Positions 11,934-27,496 of a DNA stretch of 64,000 nucleotides are shown in pieces (positions within the stretch are counted from its first letter, which is position 1; each line of letters starts with the position of its first letter). This DNA is from Octopus vulgaris (lineage: Eukaryota): contig OX597837.1 of the NCBI GenBank assembly GCA_951406725.2, positions 12,648,001 to 12,712,000 on the forward strand, read 5' to 3'. The translations under genes and the position numbers were made by a program. The notes below the pieces were generated by a model. It ran no database searches. It was not told the DNA's origin and saw nothing but the letters and a program-made list of their open reading frames with translations.

Positions 11934-12303
11934 CAGACGATGCATATGCATTGAATGCAAATCTATCGAAAGGCAATCAATTTAAAATTGAAGAAGTACT
12001 CAACACATTAAAAATAGGTTAAGTTGTTAATTTTTAGCTACGATCAATTGTACGATCTACCTCGGATTTTTACAGGTCGTCGACCTCATCAGGTTGCTGG
12101 CTTGAGGGTAAATATATGCAAATATATATATATATATATGTGCATATATACATCTACTATTTCTTGTAGCGTGTAAAAACTGTCTGCTGTGTTTAAATGT
12201 AAACTATTTTATATTGAGAATATGTTGTCTATTGACATTTTAAACTTGCTAGGCGACTGTAGTGAAATTTCTGAAAAGAAAACACACTAGCCTATATTTT
12301 ACG

Positions 12304-12369
<66 letters not shown>

Positions 12370-12374
<5 letters not shown>

Positions 12375-12888
12375 TTATATAAATTTATGAATATATAGCT
12401 GTAACGAGCAGTTTATTTGCATTATTTTTTTTTTTATTTTTATTTTACGTATTGATGTATATTATTTTGTTCGAAATTCGTGTTCCCATTTGTATAATTA
12501 ATAAATGATGTGAAATTGTAATATCCGTAATATCCGTAAGTTGATGATCGAAATGAATTTGTTCCTCCATTTTCTTATTTGTATTATGAATTTACGGTAA
12601 AATATTTTTTACCTTCACCCATTCAATAAAATAAATGAATTAATTGCATTGCAATTATAAGCATTTATGTATTTAGTATTTGGGTACTTCACCAGCAGTA
12701 TATTGGATAACTGATATCCCATAGTGGGTTACTTTCATAACCCCTATCTTACTTTGTACTATATATATATATATATATACTTATATAAATTTATGAATAT
12801 ATATATATATACTTATATAAATTTATAACATGTATATATACTTATATAAATTTATGAATATATATATATATACTTATATAAATTTATG

Positions 12889-12928
<40 letters not shown>

Positions 12929-13055
12929 TTATATAAATTTATGAACATATATATATACTTATATAAATTTATGAATATATATATATATACTTATATAAAT
13001 TTATGAATATATATATATATATATATATACTTATATAAATTTATGAATATATATG
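12370..13055. repeat. Minisatellite CTTATATAAATTTATGAA(TA)n, recurring in each array unit
   Basis: Motif repeated many times with variable TA spacers; also at ~21120-21430, ~31320-31565 and ~39890-40300. Confidence 0.85.
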
Positions 13056-13528
13056 TATGTATTTAGGTTTGAATGTATGTAGCAATATAATCGCCTGAAA
13101 CAAATATTCATTGAAAAATTGTATAACCAAAAGATTTTTACGCTTAATCAAAAGTAATGTACATACCGTGTGATGGACGTGTTCATATGAAAGTTGTACT
13201 AACCACTAAACTGTTGGGGCCTCTTCTACAACGACTATTCATATATTTTTAGCGTGTAGTAATATGTATACGCCCACCCACATACACACCCATATACACA
13301 CACACATATAAGCACATACACACATGCACGCATATGTATGTGTAAATAAGTTTACACCCATAAGTCAACAGATGATGTCTAGAAATTGTTGGTATAGAAA
13401 ACACTCTGTAGTGAACTTAGACCCGATGTCTTGACGAGGGACTAATTCTTCGGGGTAACTTTGTGGCAATAAGTGGAATCAAAGGAATCAAAGTGATGCA
13501 TGGATACATAGATTGAGATTCGTATACA

Positions 13529-13594
<66 letters not shown>

Positions 13595-13595
<1 letters not shown>

Positions 13596-13909
13596 TTTTT
13601 TTTTCTTCTTTCAAATTTGCTTCCATTTCTTGCCGAGTCTCTTCCCGACTCCTAGGGCAAAGAAACTCATAGTAGGCCATTAAACCAAACTCAATAGTTC
13701 GTTCATTTTTTTTTTAAGTTAAATTAAAATACATGAGCAGCAACAGTTCTCACATCGACAATGCTCTTCTCAATACGTGTGATGTACCAGTTAAGACAAT
13801 CTTTTGCACTTCTCGCAGGGATGGTAAGCCAGGGATCATTCTCATATAATTTTCGGTTCCCTTCTTGATCATTCTTAGTGCTCCTACGATCACTGGTATT
13901 GTAACCGCC
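13595..13909 (-). mobile_element. 3' end of an R4/Dong-clade (RLE) non-LTR retrotransposon embedded in (TAA)n
   Basis: Encodes AVTIPVIVGAL-MIKK...VQKIVLTGTSHVLRRAL* plus a 3' UTR. (TTA)n on both sides. Confidence 0.7.
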
Positions 13910-13921
13910 ATTATTATTATT

Positions 13922-14771
<850 letters not shown>

Positions 14772-15005
14772 CTAGTATTATTATTATTATTATGTATGTA
14801 AATATGGGAATGTTATTTTTCTTACCTGAAGCCTTCCTTTTAAATTAGGGCTCCCTCCCATGATAGGTATGCATCGTCATGGCCGTGTATAAGAATCCTT
14901 TTTGATACGTTCTTTGACAAGTTTCTATCGTGATATATAAACGCACATAAGGACAATAGGGTGGGTGGTGAGACAAACAGACAGACTGGCAGACAGATAG
15001 GTAAG

Positions 15006-15089
<84 letters not shown>

Positions 15090-15379
15090 CAGGCAGAGAG
15101 ACACATACATACATACATACATACATACATACATACATACATACATACATACATACATACATACATACATACATACATACATACATACATACATACATAC
15201 ATACATGCATACATACATACATACATAATCAGCTGCTCAACGCAAACATCCAGACAAATGTGTGATACAAAAAAGCTCTTCTTCAGAAATAGAGGAAAGT
15301 CCAAGAGAAAGAAAGACGGAGTAAGAAATATATATATAAAATAGAAATTATAGAAGGCAATCAAGGCAATCAATATAAA

Positions 15380-15752
15380 TTCCAAAGCAGAATTTAAAAC
15401 ATACACCCTTGGATTTTTGTCTCAATGTTTATCACCTCTCCATGGGGTACCTGAACCCAACGTACAACAGCATAGTTTTGAAACATAACTTTTACATGTA
15501 GCTTTATTCACTTATTTATACAGAGATCAAAGAGGAAAAGGATCCCATCAACTTTAAACGGAGTCTAGATAGATTCCTTCAAGGAATACCTGATAAGCCA
15601 CCCATAACTGGATACAACTCACTACTTGAATGGACCATAAACAAAACTTGACTTAAACAGGATTCAGATAATCCTATCAGGTGGTGCTATTAAGTTAGAC
15701 ATGGCCTGGACCAATCTTTGGTTGAAACATATCTAAGTTTATCTAAGTTTAG
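15380..15752 (+). mobile_element. CR1/L2-type LINE 3' fragment (copies ~25465-25852, ~33965-34355; small inverted piece at 3030-3095)
   Basis: Encodes EIKEEKDPINFKRSLDRFLQGIPDKPPITGYNS..LLEW (FKxxLDxFLxxIPDxP motif). Short tandem tail CTAAGTTTAT. Confidence 0.7.
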
Positions 15753-16341
15753 ATCAAATTATATGTATATTTATTTATTTTGTTGTGTGCTTTAAACTTT
15801 CTTTCAGAATTTGTATTGACTGCCTAGCTGATTTCCTTCTATAATTTCTCTTATCCTCCGATTTAGCTCGCAATGGGCACCTCTTAATACAGCCCTTACA
15901 TTGTGAAGTATACTTAAAATCATCACGCTTTCTCTGTTAGGCTGTTTATTTTTATTCTTACGTAGATTTCAAATTGCCAAAACCTAGGGGTTTCTATAGT
16001 ATTTTTCTTCTTTTTTATAAACTAAATTAATTATTCAATAACGTTGCTCGTGATTCAATGAATGGACGTCCAAACTTAAATTTGGTTTCGCGTTTCTTTT
16101 TGTTACTATTTTTAACGGCTAAATTTTTTTTCAGATGTTCAGTTAAAATTTCACCAATATGGATTATCTAGAAAATGTTGTGTTGACATAAATTTTCCTA
16201 CGTATTATAATTAATTTTAATAATATTGTCTGTGTGTGCATGTGTGTGCGCATATGTGTGCGCGTGTGGATATATATGTATGTATGTATATATTAATGCA
16301 ATTGAGACAACTTGGATTTTAAAGGTGTCATCTAAAATAAA

Positions 16342-16872
16342 GATCAATAAGTATCAGGAATGTTGCAATAGTAACGACGCTAAAGCACGCAGAGTAAAGC
16401 CACTTGGCAGAAGTTGACCGTGAACTTTGCTGTGCATGTGCACTAAGTTTTAATGTTCTAGCTTGTCTCTGCTGTTTACAGCAGTGCTTGGAAGGAAGGT
16501 GTGTAGCGTGTGATCGTCGTATTGACCATGGCAGAGAAAGTTGTCATGGTGATACCTGCTCAGAGGCCAACGCAAAGTTGCAGAAAGTATATGGAGAGGA
16601 GTGTATAAGCCGCACACAAATATAGGAGTGGTTCAGACGTTTCCAAGATGGTCGAAAAAGATGTCAATGGTGACGAACGTTCTGGGAGAACCGTAACCAG
16701 CAGAACTGAGAAAACATCTCAGGTGTTCAGTGAAGGTTTAGCTATGAGACGCGAGTCTGCCAAGTTTGTTCAAAAACTGCTTCCAGCTGACCAAAAAGAC
16801 TCTCGGGTTTCAGTTGCAGTAGATCTCTTTCATTGTGTCGAGAACGAGGAAAAGTTTATGAAAACTTTGCGG
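16342..16872 (+). mobile_element. Mariner transposon 5' remnant (HTH region), degenerate
   Basis: Encodes SEANAKLQKVYGEECISRTQI*EWFRRFQDGR..DERSGR and MRRESAKFVQKLLPADQKDSRV, with stops and frameshifts. Confidence 0.8.
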
Positions 16873-16976
16873 AATTTATGTATGTGTGTATACACCTAAT
16901 ATTTGTAATATATAAGCGTGTGTGTTTGTGTGTGTGTGTATTTGTGTGTGTGTGTTTGTGTGTGTGTGTTTGTATG

Positions 16977-17028
<52 letters not shown>

Positions 17029-17405
17029 GTGTGTTGTTTATGTATCTGTGTCTGCTCAATCTGTAAACCCCTCAAGTGACGGAAGGAGAATGAATTGCAG
17101 GAGTAGGTCGAAGAAGCGCAGCAACAACCGAAAAAGTGCCGAACTGAGAAACGTATGGCCTGAGATACAGAAACCGATGTAGGATCGACGACATGACAAT
17201 AGTGTGATATTTACAAATGGCTTTATTTACCAAAATAATAATTACATATTAACACATATATTGACATATTGATAAAATTAAATTATTGGTGATTACAAAA
17301 TATCGTTTATCATTGAATTATTCACTGCTGAAGATAATATTTTGAAATGGTTAGTACAATTCTTAAATTTGTTGTATATAAATTTACGTTCACTCTTCTT
17401 GAAGG

Positions 17406-18873
17406 TTAAATTTTTTCATTCATTTTTGTCTCTTTTGGTTTGGCAGACGATCCGGATTCTTCTGAAATTGCCCAATCTTGGATTTCTCCTCTTGCCAATA
17501 TCACATACACTATAGCACCAGCTACACATACAGCAGCACATAAGGCGAACACGATCTGCCATTCTTGTTGTGTACCGTTTGGGGTTAAAGCTTTTGTAGA
17601 TAAGGAACTAAAACTTCCAAACAATACGGCAAACGTGTTACCAATTCCAAATATAATACCAGCATAATTTGGAGCAATGTCTCTGTTGTTGACAAGAACA
17701 CCGCCACTGGTAAATGATAGAGTTATACCACTTAGAATCAAAAGAATACTTATTAGAATGGTTTGGTCACATCTGAGGAATCCGATGGCAATCAACAGAC
17801 ATGCTGAAGCAATCAGAGAAACGCTTTGGAATAAAACTCGAACGATACGAGTTGAGAGATATTTCTTTGAAAGTATAAAATCTGCAAATCTTCCACACAA
17901 CGGTAAAGCAATGATTTGACCAATGGCAGGGGCAGACGACATTAAACCATTGGCTGTTGTTTTAATGTTTAAGGCTTCTTTCGTATAGAGTGGCAACAAC
18001 ACCTGGAATGTTAAATCTGTCCAACTATAAGCAAACCAACCGACGATGATCGCCCAAACTGCAGGTGAGGAAAGCATTTCTTTCCATGGTATTGCTTTAA
18101 CTAACTTTTCACTTGTTATAGTTTTCTTTAAATAGGAACATTCTTCATCACTAATACTGGGATGGACGTCTGGGCTGTCATAAACCACATAAAACCACAC
18201 ACAACTAAACACCAACGATATTCCACCGAATACATAGAATATAGAACCCCATCCATTATCAAAGCCATAAACACAAAGAAGACCAGATGATGAAAGACCT
18301 ACAATACTACCTAGAATTTGACCTGCAAATGCGGACCCAACCAATAAACCTATCTCCTGTGGAGGGCCCCAACGTCCAAATAATGACTGAATTGCAGGGG
18401 GGCACTGGCCCTGATAGTAAACCGGTTAATATTCTTAGAGCAAGTGTAAAATAAGCACTAACTCGAGATAAACTTGGATGAAGAATGGTTAAAATTGATG
18501 CTGATAAAAGCGAAATTCCTAGCACTCTTTTTCCACCATATTTGTCTGCTAAAAGTCCACCCAAAATATTTGTTGCCATATACCCATAGAAGTACCCTGC
18601 CAACATGTTGGCTTGTAACGAGTCGTTCCACTCGAATTCTCCTTCGTAACTTCGGTCTACAGAATGATCCCCTGAACCGGAACACTGTTTGTTGTCTGTA
18701 GTAAAATTAAATTCCTCATTTATACGATTAGGTGTCTTCAGCATGCAAACAAAGGCCATGCTTAAATCAACTCTTAATGTTTGCATCAGAAGAAAAGCAA
18801 CTGTACACGCATAACATAATCTCCATCGACACAAATAATAGCGCTTAATATAATTGATAAATTTAGACATCAT
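17406..18873 (-). pseudogene. SLC17 sialin-like copy A2; +1 frameshift (pseudogene or sequencing error)
   Basis: Nearly identical to A1. G6 instead of G5 at 18397-18402 splits it into ORFs 18307-18873 and 17406-18344. Confidence 0.85.
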
Positions 18874-20226
18874 TATGTTCTTTCCACTGACTCTTATAAT
18901 ATTGATATGTGATGTAATGTTAAATATTTTATCGCAGATTAAAGGACAACTGCTGCAGTTAAAGAATTATTATTTCATTGTTTTTTTCGTTTGTTTAACG
19001 TGAGTTCATTTTATAAAAGATGTTTGCTTTGTTTGCAAAGTAAATATTTAATTGAATGTGATGGGGTCTTCAGAAATTAGGACGAAGATGTCATTCGTGC
19101 TGTCACATTTCTAAGTGTATTAGTGCAATGTATAATCGATAAACATGGACGTCATTTACCAATCACTATAAAGGTGTCGATAAACGTCAGTAATGATCAT
19201 TTGGTAACATGTTTAGCCTGTACTTTATTTACAAATAGAAAACGTTACGTTAAAGCAAGAACGCAATCAAGAATGAAGGTTACTGTGAAAGTGTTGGGTC
19301 GTAACAGCAAGTTGCGGAGAAAACAAATCCAAGAACTCTTTATACATACAAGAATTAATAGCACCACTTTCAATTCTTTCTCTGTCGTTTGTAAAAATGA
19401 AGCCTTATTCTTACATAAGACGCCGTTGAACGTTATTTGGGATCCTCCTGGTTTCTGAAATCTCTGCGATCCATTCCATTTGGTTCTTTGATTTCTAAAA
19501 GTTCAGTTTGGTGGAAATAGAGAATGGTAGTAAATTCCCAGATAACTGTGTTTGCAGAGCGGTTCGTATTCTTTGATACGTTTGATTATATTTCATATTC
19601 GCTCAGTATATATTTGTGGTGCTGCTTAGAATGTTATTTTCTATTCCAAGTTTAGTGATTCCCTATATTCAAAATGTGGCAAAAACTGAAGATGCAGTTT
19701 TAAGAATAATTACTTCAGAAACAAATGTTGGTGGAATGAATTGGTAACGTTGGGAAAGAAAGTTCGCAGAGTATTTTTATCTCTATTCCTTGTTTTAGAC
19801 AACACTCGATCGATTCCGAATTCCTAGAAATATGTGACCCTGTATCAATGTAAGAAATCAATATTAGATCAATGATATCATCATTAGCTCTCTTTTCGAC
19901 AGTTATATATTATTGATATTATTGGAAAAAGAATAATGTCTTTTACAATTGTTCTTGCTATATACACCTGTTCATATTATATGAAATATATATATATATA
20001 TAGTGAATGTTTCTTTCAGTTTGCGTCTACCAAATTCACTTATAAGATTCTGGTCGGTACAAAATACTTGCCCAAGGTGCCCGCAGTGAGACTGAACCCG
20101 GAACCATGTGGTTGGGAAGCAAGCTTCTTACCACACACCCACTCCTGCGCCTACATATATATATATATAGAGAGAGAGAGAGACAGGTAGACAGACAGAC
20201 AGACAGAGACAGAGACAGAGATAGAG

Positions 20227-20309
<83 letters not shown>

Positions 20310-20442
20310 CGCTGCATATGCATTGAATGCAAATCTATCGAAAGGCAATCAATTTAAAATTGGAGAAGTACTCAACACATTAAAAATAGGTTAAGTTGTT
20401 AATTTTTAGCTACGATCAATTGTACGATCTAGTGTAAATATA

Positions 20443-20500
<58 letters not shown>

Positions 20501-21179
20501 GTGCATATATACATCTACTATTTCTTGTAGCGTGTAAAAACTGCTTGCTGGCGGTGGTTTTCTCTTGTGTTTAAATGTAAACTATTTTATATTGAGAATA
20601 TGTTGTCTATCGACATTTTAAACTTGCTAGGCGACTGTAGTGAAATTTCTGAAAAGAAAACTCACCAGCCTATAGTTTACGTATATATATATATATATAT
20701 ATATATATACTTATATAAATTTATGAATATATAGCTGTAAGGAGCAGTTTATTTGTATTATTTTTATTTTTATTTTTATTTTACGTATTGATGTATATTA
20801 TTTTGTTCGAAATTCGTGTTCCCATTTGTATAATTAATAAATGATGTGAAATTGTAATATCCGTAAGTTGATGATCGAAATGAATTTGTTCCTCCATTTT
20901 CTTATTTGTATTATGAATTTACGGTAAAATATTTTTTTACCTTCACCAATTCAATAAAATAAATGAATTAATTGCATTGCATTGCAATTATAAGCATTTA
21001 TGTATTTAGTATTTGGGTACTTCACCAGCAGTATATTGGATAACTGATATCCCATAGTGGGTTACTTTCATAACCCGTATCTTACTTTGTATATATATAT
21101 ATATATATATATATAAATATATACTTATATAAATTTATGAATATATATATATATATATATATGTACTTATATAAATTTA

Positions 21180-21236
<57 letters not shown>

Positions 21237-21346
21237 TTATATAAATTTATGAATATATATATATATATATGAGCGCCATACTAATACAATTGTTCGTTTG
21301 TTTTCCACCTGCCTTCGTCTTTTGTCTATTTTCATAAAGCTTCCCG

Positions 21347-21412
<66 letters not shown>

Positions 21413-21909
21413 TTATATAAATTTATGAATATATATGTATGTATTTAGGTTTGAATGTATGTAGCAATATAATCGCCTGAAACAAATATTCATTGAAAAA
21501 TTGTATAACCAAAAGATTTTTACGCTTAATCAAAAGTAATGTACATACCATGTGATGGACGTTCATATGAGAGTTGTACTAACCACTAAACTGTTGGGGT
21601 CTCTTCTACAACGACTATTCATATATTTTTAGCGTGTAGTAATATGTATACGCCCACCCACATACACACCCATATACACACACACATATAAGCACATACA
21701 CACATGCACGCATATGTATGTGTAAATAAGTTTACACCCATAAGTCAACAGATGATGTCTAGAAATTGTTGGTATAGAAAACACTCTGTAGTGAAGTTAG
21801 ACCCGATGTCTTGACGAGGGACTAAGTCTTCGGGGTAACTGGGTGGCAATAAGTGGAATCAAAGAATCAAAGTGATGCATGGATACATAGATTGAGATTC
21901 GTATACATA

Positions 21910-21948
<39 letters not shown>

Positions 21949-21949
<1 letters not shown>

Positions 21950-22050
21950 TTTTTTTTTCTTCTTTCAAATTTGCTTCCATTTCTTGCCGAGTGTCTTCCC
22001 GACTCCTAGGGCAAAGAAACTCATAGTATACATTCGTAGGCCATTATTCA
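21949..22050 (-). mobile_element. R4/Dong 3' UTR stub in (TAA)n
   Basis: Same sequence as 13595-13680, flanked by (TTA)n. Confidence 0.6.
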
Positions 22051-22144
<94 letters not shown>

Positions 22145-22155
22145 TATTATCATTA

Positions 22156-22204
<49 letters not shown>

Positions 22205-22414
22205 TATGTATATATATATGGAATGTAATTTTTCTTACCTGAAGCCTTCCTTTTAAATTAGGGTTCCCATGATAGGTATGCATCGTCATGGCCGTGTATA
22301 AGGATCCTTTTTGATACATTCTTTGACAAGTTTCTATCGTGATATATAAACGCACATAAGGACAATAGGATGGGTGGTGAGACAAACAGACAGACTGGCA
22401 GACAGATAGGTAAG

Positions 22415-22545
<131 letters not shown>

Positions 22546-22759
22546 GTAGACTGGCAGACAGACACATACATACATACATACATACATACATACATACATA
22601 CATACATACACACATACATACATACATAATCAGCTGCTCAGCGCCAACATCCAGACTTGCTCCAATCTGGCCATTCTGAAGGAAAAACTAAGCTAAGAGC
22701 ATTAGATTCCTTGGAAGAAAGCAACGAATATTTACGAAAACAAGAGATATATAAATATA

Positions 22760-22985
22760 TATATAAGAGAGATTAAATTATATATATAAGAGAGATTAAA
22801 TTATATATACAAGAGAGATTAAATTATATATACAAGAGAGATTAAATTATATATACAAGAGAGATTAAATTATATATATAAGAGAGATTAAATTATATAT
22901 ACAAGAGAGATTAAATTATATATACAAGAGAGATTAAATTATATATACAAGAGAGATTAAATTATATATCCAAGAGAGATTAAAG
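22760..22985. repeat. 23-bp minisatellite AAGAGAGATTAAATTATATATAC, about 10 copies (about 5 copies at 42220-42325)
   Basis: Direct reading of tandem units. Confidence 0.9.
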
Positions 22986-23053
22986 AATAAATGAAAAAGC
23001 AAAAGGTTTGAAAAGGGCATTTAATTTATATAAAGAATATAAACATGCAGAGT

Positions 23054-23141
23054 CTCTTACAGCTGTTTCAAGAATAGTCAAAAATGTGGATCATCATATT
23101 GATTGAGTATTCCATAAGCTGAGTATTCCGGCATCAGATAG
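23054..23141 (-). ncRNA. Hammerhead-like motif, variant core, stem I mismatch
   Basis: CTAT-CTGATGC-CGGAATA...TATTCTT-GAAAC-AGCT-GTA-AGAG. Paralog of 42396-42483. Confidence 0.35.
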
Positions 23142-23997
23142 GTAGGAGTGAAGGGAATGTAAAAATGAGCGAATCTCACCAGTCGACGATATTTGTATAT
23201 TCCAGTTTATCAAAAAGTTGGTGAAGGATCAGAACAAATTATGTTTGCATTCGGTTGTCCCATGATCAAATAAATAATACACTTATAGATAATGCCAATT
23301 AGCAATTTCCAATGAGAATGTTCGATGATAATCCATGTCAGGGAATTATGGAAGTTAAACAGCTCCTGTTTGGTAGAAGTATTTTTCTCCACATTGTAAA
23401 GCTTTCGCTAAAATACAGGCATTGAACTTTAATGTTATAAAAATATATTTATATACATATATCATACAAGTTATAAATAATGGTGGTTAAATATTTTTTC
23501 TTTATTGTAGTAAATTTGAGTAACAGTTGTTTCCAGTAATCATTGTAGGTTCATTGTTGATGGGTTTATTCAATCCGTCTATTGATCCGTTGAGAAAAAT
23601 TCAACGACCAAACAAATTAATGCTTCTTTCGTGAGAGTCATTTCTGTTTATATATGCATATAAACACACACACGCATCAATACACACACTCTAACAATCA
23701 AACACAAACACTAACAAACAAACACACACACACAAGCATACACTTATGCTTCGGCACAGACTCTCACTCTTACTTGTTTCCAAATTCAGAAGATCAACAC
23801 GCAATCCATATCTTCATATTTTTTTCTGAAACCAATTTTAGATTTTAAGTTTTAATTCAGCTTGAAAAGGCGTTTTTTTTTCTTGTCACGATGTAATTGG
23901 TTTATTCGTCAATTAATAAATAACATATCAGGCAGCTGAAGTGAACATCAACCCGCTTGTGTTATTTCTTTTTATGTTTGTATATATGTATGTATGT

Positions 23998-24034
<37 letters not shown>

Positions 24035-24350
24035 TAAATTAGAGATAAAACCACTATTAGGCAAATCAAACAGTGAAAATCATAAGCCAATACATAGAAA
24101 TAAAATTTATTAAAAAATATATAAAAATATGAAATATAAAATATAAAAATCCAATTAAAATATAAAAATATTATTTAAATTAATAATTTAAACTTATAAA
24201 TTATAAATATATATATATATTTATATTATTGTTTTCTTTAATTATTTATTTTTTATTATTTCATTTTTTTATATTTTTATATTTATTTTTTTTTAACTAT
24301 CAAAAAGCATAAAAAGTTTAACATATGATATAAGTAAAAACACTATATAT
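24035..24350 (-). mobile_element. 3' fragment of the AT-rich Penelope-like repeat inserted in (TA)n
   Basis: Matches 53345-53610. Absent from the paralogous site near 43320. Confidence 0.7.
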
Positions 24351-24352
24351 AG

Positions 24353-24438
<86 letters not shown>

Positions 24439-24440
<2 letters not shown>

Positions 24441-24715
24441 CGTTGAAGGTTTTTGTAAGCCATTTAAGAAACACACAAAAACCGTTAGATTCAACATTTA
24501 AATTTAATTTGCCAAAATATCTTCGTCGCTTTCAGACCGCGACCTGTTCACTGACAAAATTCCGTGCTGTACGGAATATTGAGATGCCGCACGGAATTTT
24601 GTCAGTGAACAGGTCGCGGTCTGAAAGCGACGAAAATATTTTGACAAATTAAATTTAAATGTTGAAGGAATCTTTTTGTGTGTTTCTAAAAAGGCTTATA
24701 GACACCTTCCACGCT
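24439..24715. repeat. Long inverted repeat (~128-bp arms, ~20-bp spacer)
   Basis: ...TTCGTCGCTTTCAGACCGCGACCTGTTCACTGACAAAATTCCGTGC pairs with GCACGGAATTTTGTCAGTGAACAGGTCGCGGTCTGAAAGCGACGAA... Confidence 0.92.
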
Positions 24716-24791
24716 GGAATTGTTTTCGTTCCAGCACACGATCTCAGATCAGGTCACATGCTATGCAGGTACATCACCGTATACATATATG

Positions 24792-24840
<49 letters not shown>

Positions 24841-24920
24841 ATCCCGTGAAAATATCTCGAATATCATGAATTAACCCAGGAATAATATATTTTGTATATT
24901 ACCGGATTAAACAACGAATT

Positions 24921-25163
24921 TTAACAACGTTCTTTCAACATCATAGGTTCTCCAAACTTTGTAGATATTCGCGAAGAATCGTCTTTAGTAATAGCCCACT
25001 CTTGTTCACTTCCTTTCGCAAATATTGCGAAGATCAATGCACCACAGAGAGAGAAGGCAGCACTCAAGATCAACACTGTTCGCCATTCGTTCTGTGTACC
25101 GTTTGGTGTAAGAGCTTTAACCGCTAAGGGACATAAAATACTACATATTGATGCAAATGTGTT
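24921..25163 (-). pseudogene. 3' stub (last ~80 codons) of an SLC17 B-type gene at a duplication junction
   Basis: NTFASICSILCPLAVKALTPNGTQNEWRTVL...MMLKERC* matches 43787-44029. Upstream is (TA)n, not coding sequence. Confidence 0.92.
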
Positions 25164-25174
25164 ACTTTTCAACC

Positions 25175-25255
<81 letters not shown>

Positions 25256-26451
25256 GAATCCAAACAAGCAAGAAAAACAACACCGCCAGGACGTGGTACA
25301 GTAATGTATTATCAGATGCTCAGGAAAGGAAAGAAAGAGGATTTTACATTTCGAACAAAGCTCTTCTCAGAAATAGAGGAAAGTCCAAGAGAAAGAAAGA
25401 CGGAGGAAGAAATATATATATAAAAGAGAAATTATAGAAGGCAATCAAGGCAATCAATATAAATTCCAAAGCAGAATTTAAAACATACACTCTTGGATTT
25501 TTGTCTCAATGTTTATCACCTCTCCATGGGGTATCTGAACCCAACGTACAACATGCATAGTTTTGAAACATAACTTTTACATGTAGCTTTATTCACTTAT
25601 TTATACAGAGATCAAAGAGGAAAAGGATCCCATCAACTTTAAACGGAGTCTGGATTGATTCCTTCAAGGAATACCAGATAAGCCACCCATAATTGGATAC
25701 AACTCACCCAACAAAAACTCACTACTTGAATGGACCATAAACAAAACTTGACTTAAACAGGATTCAGATAATCCTATCAGGTGGTGCTATTAAGTTAGAC
25801 ATGGCCTGGACCAATCTTTGGTTGAAACATATCTAAGTTTATCTAAGTTTAGATCAATTTATATGTATATTTATTTATTTTGTTGTGTGCTTTAAACTTT
25901 CTTTCGGAATTTGTATTGACTGCCTAACTGATTTCCTTCTATAATTTCTCTTATCCTCCGATTTAGCTCGCAATGGGCACCTCTTAATACAGCCCTTACA
26001 TTGTGAAGTATACTTAAAATCATCACGCTTTCTCTGTTAGGCTGTTTATTTTTTATTTTTACGTAGATTTCAAATTGCCAAAACCTAGGGGTTTCTATAG
26101 TATTTTTCTTCTTTTTTATAAACTAAATTAATTATTCAATAACGTTGCTCGTGATTCAATGAATGGACGTCCAAACTTAAATTTGGTTTCGCGTTTCTTT
26201 TTGTTACTATTTTTAACGGCTAAATTTTTTTCAGATGTTCAGTTAAAATTTCACCAATATGGATTATCTAGAAAATGTTGTGTTGACATAAATTTTCCTA
26301 CGTATTATAATTAATTTTAATAATATTGTCTGTGTGTACATGTGTGTGCGCGTGTGTGTGCGCGTGTGTGGGCGTGTGGATATATATGTATGTATGTATA
26401 TATTAATGCAATTGAGACAACTTGGATTTTAAAGGTGTCATCTAAAATAAA

Positions 26452-26980
26452 GATCAATAAGTATCAGGAATGTTGCCATAGTAACGACGCTAAAGCACGC
26501 AGAGTAAAGCCACTTGGCAGAAGTTGACCGTGAACTTTGCTGTGAATGTGCACTAAGTTTTAATGTTCTAGCTTGTTTCTGCTGTTTACAGCAGTGCTTG
26601 GAAGGAAGGTGTGTAGCGTGTGATCGTCGTATTGACCATGGCAGAGAAAGTTGTCATGGTGATACCTGCTCAGAGGCCTACGCAAAGTTGTAAAAAGTGT
26701 ATGAAGAGGAGTGTATAAGCCGCACACAAATATAGGAGAGGCTCAGACGTTTCCAAGAAGGTCGAAAAAGATGTCAATGGTGACGAACGTTCTGGGAGAA
26801 CCGTAACCAGCAGAACTGAGAAAACATCTCAGGTGTTCAGTGAAGGTTTAGCTATGAGACGCGAGTCTGCCAAGTTTGTTCAAAAACTGCTTCCAGCTGA
26901 CCAAAAAGACTCTCGGGTTTCAGTTGCAGTAGATCTCTTTCATTGTGTCGAGAACGAGGAAAAGTTTATGATAAATTTGC
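26452..26980 (+). mobile_element. Mariner 5' remnant (array copy)
   Basis: Collinear with 16342-16872. Confidence 0.8.
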
Positions 26981-27072
26981 GGAATTTATGTATGTGTGTA
27001 TACACCTAATATTTGTAATATATAAGCGTGTGTGTGCGTGTATGTGTGTTTTTGTGTGTGTGTGTTTGTATG

Positions 27073-27117
<45 letters not shown>

Positions 27118-27496
27118 TTGTGTGTTGTTTATGTATCTGTGTCTGCTCAATCTGTAAACCCCTCAAGTGACGGAAGGAGAATGAATTGCAGGAGTAGGTC
27201 GAAGAAGCGCAGCAACAACCGAAAAAGTGCCGAACTGAGAAACGTATGGTCTGAGATACAGAAACCGATGTAGGATCGACGACATGACACTAGTGTGATA
27301 TTTACAAATGGCTTTATTTACCAAAATAATTATTACATATTAACACATGTATTGACATATTGATAAAATTAAATTATTGGTGATTACAAAATATCGTTTA
27401 TCATTGAATGATTCACTGCTGAAGATAATATTTTGAAATGGTTAGTACAATTCTTAAATTTGTTGTATATAAATTTACGTTCACTCTTCTTGAAGG

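Noticed and set aside
12050-12095. CTGATGA motifs at 12085-12091 (minus) and 61291 (plus) as hammerheads
   Set aside because: No correctly placed GAAA core with stems; at best decayed.
22760-22985. Regular 23-bp repeats resembling a CRISPR array
   Set aside because: Head-to-tail with no unique spacers, in a eukaryotic context: a minisatellite.
24921-25283. 120-aa ORF as a short functional transporter isoform or exon
   Set aside because: Its N-terminus is (TA)n-derived and it holds only the last two helices; it is a duplication stub.
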